Shown here in pieces: positions 17,653 to 30,400 of a DNA stretch of 64,000 bases. Source of the DNA: Camelus dromedarius (taxonomy: Eukaryota). The number at the start of each line of letters is the position of its first letter. The stretch's first letter is position 1. The stretch is taken from assembly GCF_036321535.1 (NCBI RefSeq), contig NC_087451.1:32178001-32242000 (forward strand), read 5' to 3'. Below the pieces are notes generated by a model that saw only the letters and a list, made by a program, of their open reading frames with translations, was not told where the DNA came from and made no database searches. Position numbers and translations under genes: made by a program.

Positions 17653-18122
17653 GCCTCCAGATCAGGCTTCCTCACCAGCAGCACCGGCCTTTCTTCTACC
17701 CGCCTCCCAACCTGGCAGTGGAGTCTTTGCCTTTCCCAAAGACTTTCCCTTCCAAGACTTTTAAAAGCACCCGAGGTGTTCCCCATTCCCAACATGGTCC
17801 TGCCCTGATTACCTTCCCTCCCTGATTCCAGGATCGGGGAAAACACCAAATACACCTGCCACCACAGCCACATCAGCTTTTCTCTCCTATCGCTTTTGAC
17901 CTGGGCCAGGCAGAGAAGGGCAACTCCTAACTCTCTAACCATTGGTGCAAGTTATCTTGGTGCCTCAGTTTTCCCCATCTGTAAAATGGGTATGAACAGC
18001 CATTTGTTGGATGCTTAGGGATATCAAAGGGGAGAAGCAGAGCACAGGTCACACCAGACACTGCTTTTTATACATTTTATATAAGGACCACTTTGGAAAT
18101 GAGCATATTTCTTCTAGCTGGT

Positions 18123-18128
18123 TTTAAT
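18123..18128 (-). terminator. MRPS7: Candidate MRPS7 PAS ATTAAA
   Basis: tttaat on + strand; first PAS hexamer seen downstream of the MRPS7 stop. Confidence 0.5.
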
Positions 18129-18179
18129 GGATGGCAGTACCACATCACATGCAACACCAGTTCAGGGTGAGAACTTTCA

Positions 18180-18185
18180 AATAAA
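18180..18185 (+). terminator. MIF4GD: Candidate MIF4GD PAS AATAAA (second candidate 18364-18369)
   Basis: First canonical hexamer downstream of the stop. Confidence 0.6.
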
Positions 18186-18495
18186 CTCTTTCTGATACTA
18201 AAACTGCTTCATTTAGTATCACCCAAAGGTCCACCCCAAGCTGAAGGAAGAGAAGGCTGGATGAGCCCTAAGTTTCTTGGGAGAAATCCAAGTTGGATTT
18301 CTCTATGCAAGGAGATGGGGCAAGGAGAGAGAGTTCTAGCCCCCAAAGAAAAGAACAACAAGCAATAAACATGCTGCTCCATCCTTATGAGGACTGCCTG
18401 CCCTTAAAAAGGAAGGACACTCTTAACCCACAGGTACTTCTCCACGTGGTAGTGGCTCACACTGAGGTTTCTTGCCGCAGGGCCTCCGCCCTCCC

Positions 18496-21106
<2,611 letters not shown>

Positions 21107-21421
21107 CTTGGCTGATCACGAGGACCCGATAAAGACTGCCCTCGGCGTGCCTGAGCGAGTGACGGGAGACGAGGAAAAGGCTCCACAGGGTCTTAACTCT
21201 GTGCATCACCCTATTAATCCGGGCCTTAAGAGTATCTCACTCCGGGGTCTAAGGCGAAGAGTCAAAGGGAAACATTCGCCCTCCCATTTTCGCCGCAGCT
21301 TGGCGCGACGTTCCGTGGTGGCCCTCGGTCCTCTCAGGCCCCTATGCAGGCCCCGCCCCGGCGGTCTCTTGCAGGTTCTCGCGAGGTTTGAGGACGCGGG
21401 GCCGGCCCGGGCGGCTGCAAT
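21107..21421. promoter_or_regulatory. Bidirectional MRPS7/GGA3 promoter core within a CpG island spanning about 20900-21950
   Basis: Divergent ATGs 315 nt apart; GC box ccccgcccc about 21351; TCTCGCGAG at 21377-21385; YY1/TISU-like motifs over both start codons. Confidence 0.9.
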
Positions 21422-21461
21422 ATGGCGGAGGCGGAAGGGGAGAGCTTGGAGTCTTGGTTGA
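21422..21461 (+). CDS. GGA3: GGA3 exon 1
   Basis: MAEAEGESLESWL A|gtgagt. Confidence 0.96.
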
Positions 21462-24400
21462 GTGAGTAGCCGCGGCCGCTTCTGCCTGCCCTCGCGCCAC
21501 CGAGCCGCCCCTCTCCGCACCCCTAGGCCCCCTCCCCGAGCCCCGCGGTGGCGCCGCCTGGCAGCCTGCGCCTGGCCTAGCCCGCGCTCCGAGCGCCCGG
21601 CTATCACGCCCCTTCCCTAGCAGGGCGCCCTGGCCCCCGCCCGGCCCCGGCTCCCTTGCTGCGGCGCCTTCTCCCTCTCCCGCGCGCAGCGGCGTGGGCT
21701 CGGGCCCTGTCCGGGTCCCGCAGGCTCCAGGAAGGCGACAGCCAAGTACTTTGGACTGACATGCATCTGCGCTTTAGGGAGATAGTGGTGGGGCGGCGCG
21801 CGGCTGTGACTCCCTAACGAAGGAAAAAGCTCCGAATTTGGGCTGAAACTCCGGGAGCGGTGGGTGTCACTGAGCATACACACATAGGTTCAGAATTGTG
21901 GCCGTGTGTTCGAGAAGTGACCGCTCCGCTCAGGCTTAATGTTTTAAGTTTGAAATACCCGAAGTAAGAGAGAACAGAGGTCTTATTTTTTTTTTTCCTG
22001 CAGTGACCAAAGCAGGGGGAAAGCTGTGTTGGTGAACCTCTCCCCACCCCCCACGCCCCAAACATCTTAACGAGTCATTTGTTGGTAACCTCTCTGGGCA
22101 CAGCTGAGGGACAGTCTGATGCTGTAGTTGTAGCGGCCTGCTGCTGTAATTGCTAACTCGTATTACTCTTAAGGAAATACAGGTTAACATAGAAGGTAGT
22201 ATTCGGCTGAAGGCTTAATACGTTGACTTTTTTATGGGCTAGTGGAGGCCCCTGGAGGCCTCTTTAAGTGAAGACAAATTGGACTGAGTAATAAGAAAGG
22301 GATGATGGCTAGATACTGCCTTGTGTAGAGGTCTCTTATTTACTAGAGCCTCCAGGCTCTTGGAGTTGGTGGCTGTTTTCCCCCAGCTACCTTTTCTTAA
22401 GAAATCCTGTTCACGGTAGTTGAACCTTAGTTAAATTTGCAAAATCTGCATTTGCAGACAAGTCACAAAGCCTTCTGTATATATGAAACTGTTCTCCAAG
22501 GAGCTCAGAGTACTCCAAAGACATTCATTTAATTTCATTTATTTAGTATTCCAGGAAAGCAGGTACTATTGTCACAATTTCACAAGAAGACAGCCTGACT
22601 AATCAATCCATTTGCCCAGAGCCACCCAACCGGATATAAGCACACTGGAATTAGTTCAATTCACAGATATTAATGGGGACATTGGAGTAATTTAAGTGAC
22701 TTAAGCTGAGTTTAATAGGCTAGGTTTAGACTTGTATTTTGAAACAGCAGACCTGTTTTTGAGGGAGAGTGGAGATGGGGGTTGGGGGAGGGATTGTATC
22801 TGTAGAGACTAGAGCTGAGACTGGCCTTTGACCCTTTTCCATTACTTAGAGTGGCATTTGAAGCAGTGTCAATGTTCCTTCCATCCTTACCCTTTGTCCA
22901 CCTTCACAGTTCTAATGCCTTAATGGTGTGAACTGTACCAGTTGAATAAACCAGTGCTTGGAGTTGAGTGCCATCTTAGTCTAGGTCCTTGTCACTCCAT
23001 GGTTTGCCAGAATTACAAAAGCTGCTGCTGCTGGGCCCCATGTCTAAGCTCTCCCTTGCCCCTCTCAGTCCATTCTGCTCCCAGAGGAGCACATGTGTTT
23101 AGTGAAGTCATTCCACTGCTGCGGCCCTACTGCTGCCTCTTTGTGGCTTCCTGGTGTTCTTGCTTTGGTCAGTTGGATATTCTTGTCCCACCAGCACATT
23201 CCTCTCCTTATCTGAAAGGCCCGGTCCCCTTTGCTCCACTAAATACATTAAAACCCATCCCAGAATCTCCTTCCCCACTAGCCATCTCTTGATGACTTCA
23301 GCTTTCTCTAAAGTCCTGTTATTACCACAGTCAATCAGTGTTTACTGGATACCTGCTACGTGAGGTGTTACGAAGATGAAGAAGTTCAAACAATCTTTGC
23401 CTTCAGTTTGATGAAGGTGCTGCTGTAGTGGGTAAAGCATTATTAAATAAAAAAGATAAAGATACAAGGCAAGAGCCACAGATGCTGACAGTTTCTTTGG
23501 GAAATTGAGGATAAGTGGATGGAAGACAGTGCTCCCCATGGGGAGATGCCATTCAAACTAGGCCCTAAAGAATGGGGAAAATTGGCCAGGAAAACCCCAG
23601 ACAGTGATGTGGAGGGAGCAAATCATGTCTGGGGCACAAACGGTAACAGGTGTTTGGCTGGTTCGAGCAAGGAGTCCCTGTAGGAGTGAGGTGGGAGAGA
23701 ATGCTGGGAAGTCGAACCAAATTCTAGAACGGCTTGAATTCCAGCCCAGGAAACTTAAGTTTCTATAGTTATGAGGTCCCTGTTCCTACTGTACCTACTA
23801 TAAAAATCAAGTATTTTAGGAAGGTTGATACAGGGGTTTTACATAGGATGGATTGGAGCAGAAGTTCTGGAAGCAGGTGAGAAGTAAGGAGGTAGGGGTA
23901 GGGCCAGAAATAAGAAAGGAAGTGAGTTTTAAAAAGACGTTGAGAAGAAAGGATTAGGACTGGCTGATAGAAATGAGTGAGGAGAGGGAAGGAGTCAGTG
24001 GTGAGGTTTGAGACCTGGGTGCCTGAGGGTGGGAGCAAAAGGAGCTTTTGAATGGTGGCACCATATATAGAAATAGGGAAGTCAGGAAGGAGAAGTGATG
24101 AATTTGTTTTCAGTCTCGTTTCTGCACCAAATTAGCTCTTATAATCACATGCTGTCTTGTTTTTTTGCTGTGGTTATTTCTCATGTATTGCACCAGAGGA
24201 GCATAACCTCCTCAAGGGTAGGATCCAAGTCCTGTACTTTTTCTGCAGTCCCGCCAGTGTCTAGTGTGCTGTGTACTCAGTTTTCTGTGGGTGCTTAACA
24301 AAGACTTGGTGACTAAGTCTCCCTTGAGTTAAGACCCTAGCATTAAAGGTTGAGTCTTGACTCCCTTTCCATCCATGTCCTTGCCTCTGCTTATTTCTAA

Positions 24401-27400
24401 GTCATTAGCAGGTAGAACTTACCGTCTCTGGACTGTCTGAGCTGAGTTGGGTTGAGGTGGGGTGGCTAATGCTGCTGTTTCCATCCCTACTTGACCAGAG
24501 GTCCCACGACAGCCAAGGCTAGTGATGGAAGTAAGTTGAAAATGAGAGCAGAAAATCTAGAGGCAAAGACACAGTAGAGCAAGGCTTTCAACAGAAACCC
24601 AAAAATAGGAACCTTGAGTCCGAGTAGAGCCCAGAGGGGCGGTTCTAGAAGGCAGAGTCTGCAGGGGAGGCTCTGGTGTCACTTCTCTGCCAGGTGAAGG
24701 AGAATGATGAGTGGGTGACGGTTGTGTGCATCTGCTGGGGGAGGCAGTGGGCAGATGGAGAGATTGAGTCACCCAGAATTATCCCCAGAGGTTCTTCCAG
24801 TTCCTGTAGGTGACTGAGGTCTGCCGTCTGAACTGGCTGGAGGGTTGGAGGAGATACTCAGAAGTGGGACCAACAGGGCCAAAACCAGGGCTTTTTGTGC
24901 TCATGTGTAGGTAGAGAACTCCCTACAGGTTTGCAGTAAAAAGGTCTATAAGGGGGAAAGCAAGTGGGATTCTAGAGATGTTGTCCATAAATGAAAAAGA
25001 GGTAGGCGTATTCTTGGAAGCAGAAACGCTACAGGAATTACGGCCACCTAGGCGGGGTACATTGGTGAATGCCCGATGCTTGTATACGTGTCGGGGGAGG
25101 GCTGCCCACATCATACACTATAAGATGCTTTTCTAGTTGCAAACAGCGGGAAGTGAGTGGGCTACTTTTTTTCTACCACAAAGTACGTGACTGTTTCCAA
25201 AATGATAATAGTGACAGGTCGGTATGGCTCCTCAGACCATCTTATTTTTGTATCCGACAGCCTCTTGATGTCATATGAGAGCTTTAGCTTTAAGCATCTC
25301 AAATGATAGAGATTAGTAACAAAGCCGTGTTAACACCTGAGAAGATTTCAGACACCTGGTGGGAGAGACGCAGGGCTTCTCTGGAAGGCAACAGCTAGTA
25401 GGTCACTGTGGCAAAAAATAGCCGCTCTTGATAGAATTAATCTCCCTTCCCTTTGAGCATGGCATTTTATAGGGCCTGCTGGTTCTTTTTTCAGGACTGA
25501 GGACTGATGTTTCTCTTTTTCTCTAAATATGATCCTAAACCATCAGAACTTTCTTGGCAACCAGAGCAGAAACGCTGCCAGAGAGAGCGCTGGGCGCTGC
25601 AGGCCTTCCCTCCGCCTCAGGGTGGCGTCTGCTGACCTCTTGTGGCTCCTGGGGTTGGGGAGGGAGCGGGGGCGTGGCGAGGAGTCCCTGTTAGGATTTG
25701 GTTGTGGAGCTAGTGATTCTTAATATTAGGGGAAAAGGAAGTTAAGAAGACACAGTCATGAGAAATCAGAATTCAGGAACTTGTAACAACACCTCTTGCT
25801 GGGAAGGGCTTTTATCTTTTGTATATATATTTTTATTGAAGTATAGTCAGTTTACAATGTGTCAACTTCTGGCGTACAGTATAATGCTTTAGTCATACAT
25901 GAACATACATGTATTCATTTTCATATTCTTTTTCACCATAAGTTACACCAGATATTGAATATAGTTCCCTGTGCTGCACAGTGTGAACTTGTTTATCTAT
26001 TTTATGTATGTTAGTTAGTATCTGCAAGGAAAGGGCTTTTTTTTTTTTTTTTTTTTAAGGGAAGGGCTTTTTCAAGGCTCTGTCACTCACTACGCTTTTG
26101 GCCCTCGTGGAAATCTGCAGGAGGAGCATGGTGCTTAAAAAAGGATAAACGCCTTCAGTCTTCCGTTTGTCTTCGGAACCTGAAGCTCTAAATTTAGCAA
26201 ACAGCTTGAGAGTGCTTTATGGAAGAGGCAGACTCTGCAAGATCTGAATCAGAGATGAGAACACATTTAACCACCCTCAGCTGGTGCCGTCCTCTGTAAG
26301 CACGCGTTCTGGGAATAACAGGGAAAAGAGGACCCACACCAAGTATTAGGAGACGAGGCATTTAGCTCCTGGAATTTAAACCCTCGGCGACCCTCTGAGA
26401 ACCCTGAGCATTTGTCCTTGATCGTGGAAGACCGTTTAAACTTGAAGGTGCTGATCACTGAGGCGCAGTCTGTTTCTGAGATCCCAGGGACAGATAGCAC
26501 AGTGATTGATGCCTAGAGGGGTTCAATACACGCTGTTAGCTTACCTTAAAATGAGAACATAGGATTTGTTTTCTCTTTCATCTGTGTCTTTCAAAATACT
26601 AGACAGAAAACAATGTTTGAACTATTGAGGCGTCGCTATTGGAGGAGAAATTTCTAAACAAACTTCTCTTTACATCAAAACCTACAAACTGTGAGGAAAC
26701 CTTCTATTGTGTCCTCCTTGCTCTTTATAATAGTTGTCCTCCTTTTTGTTCTGTCCCAAGATAAAGCCACCAATCCTTCCAACCGCCAGGAGGACTGGGA
26801 ATACATAATTGGCTTTTGTGATCAGATCAACAAAGAGCTTGAAGGGTGAGTCTCAAAGCTGTTAGGGGGCAGGTGAGGGATGGCTAACTGGAAAGGTCAA
26901 AAGCTGTGGCCATGGAGGGCTAGCCAAATGGCAGAGGGTCAGGGTCCTGAAAGTGTGGTCTGCTTGTCTCCCAGGCCACAGATCGCCGTCCGACTGCTGG
27001 CCCATAAGATCCAGTCTCCGCAGGAATGGGAGGCGGTCCAGGCCCTGACGGTAGGTTTTTCATGCCGACAGTGGCTCTTCATGAGCCCAGGCCTTTGCTC
27101 GTGCACCCGCTGGCATCTCCAGCAGGGTTGGGGCTCATGCCCTTGTGCCAGGCACTGAGCTTCTCAGTGTGTGAGAAGCTCACTGCTGGTGTGAGCACAA
27201 GGCCTAGTGGGAGAAGCAGAGTGGCCAAGCCAGGGTGGGGAGCCAGAGGCAGGGGCCCTGGGCCTAGGGTGGAGCTCAGGGAAGGCTTCTCGAAGAGATG
27301 CTGTCAGAGCTGTCTTGCCCAGTAAGAGTTGGCCAAGTATAATTCATTCTGTAGGTAAAAATAATACCAGTTACTAGTGAAGGCATCACACCAGTGGGCA

Positions 27401-30400
27401 GATCTTAGCATTTATTCAGACTAAGAGGATTCAAGATGTGTGGCTGTGTGTGGCCCTTTGGCACCTCCAGCCTCTCCCCTAAACCAGGATTCCAGGGTTC
27501 TCTCCTGACTTATTCAGCTCTTGGGGAGACAGGAGAGGGGACATGGTTGTGGAAAAGGCGCTTAAACAACCCACATGCATGCTTCTGCTGAAGGCTTTAA
27601 ACCTGTGGTTCTCCACCAGGGGAGGTTTTGTCCCTCAGGGGACATTGGGCAATGTCTAGAGATACTTGGTGTCCCATGTCAGGGGCTGATACCAGCATCT
27701 GGAGGGTAGAGGCTGGGGATGCCGCTGAACACCGTGTAACATTCAGGGCAGGCTTCCACAGCAAATGACTGCCCCAAATGGCAGTAGTGGTGCAGCTGGA
27801 AACCCTGCTTTACAAAGACGGGAGCCTTTACAAAGACGGGGGCAGCACCGGGTGCTGTGCTCCTGGGCATAAGCTGCAGGGCCACGGGCAGCACAAGAAA
27901 ACTTCAGGCAGTTTTGTGGGCCCCAGGAGGAAACTAGATGGGAGCAGGGGAGGGAAAATAGCATGTCATCTAAAATGAAGATAACAATTTAAATATTCTC
28001 TGCCACCTCCCCAAAACATTGATCAGCTTGTGGAAAGAACCCTGGACCCTGAGTCGGAGAAATGTTACCTCTGGGCCTGTTGCCTCATCGGTACGACACA
28101 AGGGCAGAATCTTGCAGGCAGGCGCCTTCCAGGACTGACATTTGATCTGTCCTGGTATCTGGGTATCAGGGTTTTAGTTCTTGTTGAGCTTCCCCGGGAG
28201 AGGTTTGCAATTTGAGGGACACTTAAGTCTGTAATCCTGTGGCCCTGAGGCAGTGTACACGACTTTTCCCGGTTAGTTCCTTCCTTGGGTGATTATTTGT
28301 TCAGCGCTACTTTTGTGCAGGGTCTGGCTGAGTGCCAGCTCCTACCCGGACCCCCTCACTGAGCGCCTCTCCTTTGTGTGGACCAGGTGCTGGAGGCCTG
28401 CATGAAGAACTGTGGGAGGAGATTTCATAACGAAGTGGGAAAGTTCCGGTTTTTGAATGAGTTGATCAAAGTCGTCTCTCCAAAGGTCAGTCGGTGGCAG
28501 TTTCCTCATTTCTAGGAACCTCTTTTGTGTTCCTCCCCCTCTCCTATCCTGCTGGCTTGCACTGCACAAACCAGCATCTCCACTGATCCGAGATTCCCCA
28601 GGTCCTGCCTCAGAGAGCTAGGCCCTGAGGGAACAGGATGCCTGTACAGGGCTCCCAGCCTAAGTGCAGCAGCAGCTGTGTAGGGGCGCAGGGGGGCTGT
28701 ACAGCGCCAGCCTCTGGGCCCCTAGTGACAGCAGTCCCTCTTCCTCAGCCTGGCTCACGTGGACGCAAGCAGCTGGCCCCCCTCACCCCTCGGCTTCCCT
28801 TGCACGCTAGTGTTAGTTAAGCTCTGGGCACCCATTTATGGCAGAGGGAACAATTTTTCACGCTAAAGACTTTCTCTAACTCCTTGGAGATAAAGTGCGG
28901 TTGTGTTTCTGGTAGATTGTGCATGGAAATGCAGTGACGTGCTCCCGGCCCCCCCGCCTAGCCACAGTCTGTCCCGCAGACCTATACAGCTGCTGCGTGC
29001 GGGTAGTTCCCACCTCCCCTCTGGGGCTGCCTCACCCCACACCTGCGGGCTTGGAGGAGGCTTGAGGACTGTAACCAGTTAGTGACCGTTTCATTGCTAT
29101 GAAGAGAGCCCTCTGTTTCTGCCTCCAGCCTGCACTTGCTAGGTTTTCCCATGTTCTTTGCCTCTTAGTACCTAGGGGACAGGGTGTCTGAGAAAGTGAA
29201 GACCAAGGTCATCGAGTTGCTTTATAGCTGGACATTGGCCCTGCCGGAAGAATCAAAGATCAAGGATGCCTACCACATGTTGAAGAGACAGGGTACGTGC
29301 CTGCCTTCCCTCAGCCTCACAGCAGCCCTGAAGGATGGCCCAGGCCAGGAAGAACGAGGTGGTGTCTGTCACCCCAGGCTGCGTCCCTTCCTCCTGAAGA
29401 AGCAGGAGGGCCTGGGCTGGGGTTTGAGGGGCCGAGGTGCACGTGGCCTGCCAGCCTGGTTACAGGGAGGAGTGCCCCCTTGCTGTGTGGGGAAGGGCAG
29501 GCAGCAGGGTGGCCCAGCCTGAGCGAACACTGCCCTGCGTCCCCTTTCAGGCATAGTGCAGTCTGACCCCCTGATCCCTGTGGACAGGACGCTGATCCCC
29601 TCTCCACCACCTCGTCCCAAAAACCCTGTTTTTGATGATGAGGAGAAATCCAAGGTAAAGTGCATCCCAGCCTGCTGTGTCCGCAGATGAGGTGGGGGTC
29701 TGCTCAGTGCTGTGGGGAGCTCGGTTCCTGTGGTCTCCCCAGGTGGGGTGCTGCCTGTCCCTTCACCTTTGATACCTTCCTCTTCCAGCTTTTAGCCAAG
29801 TTGTTGAAAAGCAAAAACCCAGATGACCTGCAGGAGGCCAACAAACTCATCAAGTCCATGGTGAAGGAAGTGAGTGGCCCTGCGGGGGAGGAGCCTGTGA
29901 CCACAGAGCAGAGGTCCCTCCCCCTGGGGTTAGGTCTTGTTTGCCCCTGTCCCCAGCCCTTACCTGGAAGGAGGAGCGAGGGGCTTCTAGGGGAGAATGG
30001 GCTAGAGGAGCAAGAGTAGATGGGGCCAAACCTGGGGGTAGCAAGGGCTGGTGTTTTAAAAGGAAAACTGTAGACGGGGTCTGAAGCCAGTCGTTCCCAG
30101 GAACCAGGCATTGAAAAGAGCTTCTATGGGGCTGGCCTCTGCTCTCGTGTTCTCTCGGAAGGTGTGATCCTTGCTTGGCGGGATTTAGGGCTAGTGGGAC
30201 GAGTCCAGTTGAGCCCTTTCTCCTGATTCTCTTGGATGCAGGATGAGGCTCGGATCCAGAAGGTGACCAAGCGCCTGCACACTTTAGAGGAGGTTAATAA
30301 CAACGTAAAGCTGCTCAGTGAGATGCTGCTTCATTATAGCAAAGAGGATTCTTCAGAGGCAGATAAAGAGCTCATGAAGGTAAGACCGTGTCTGGAGAGC

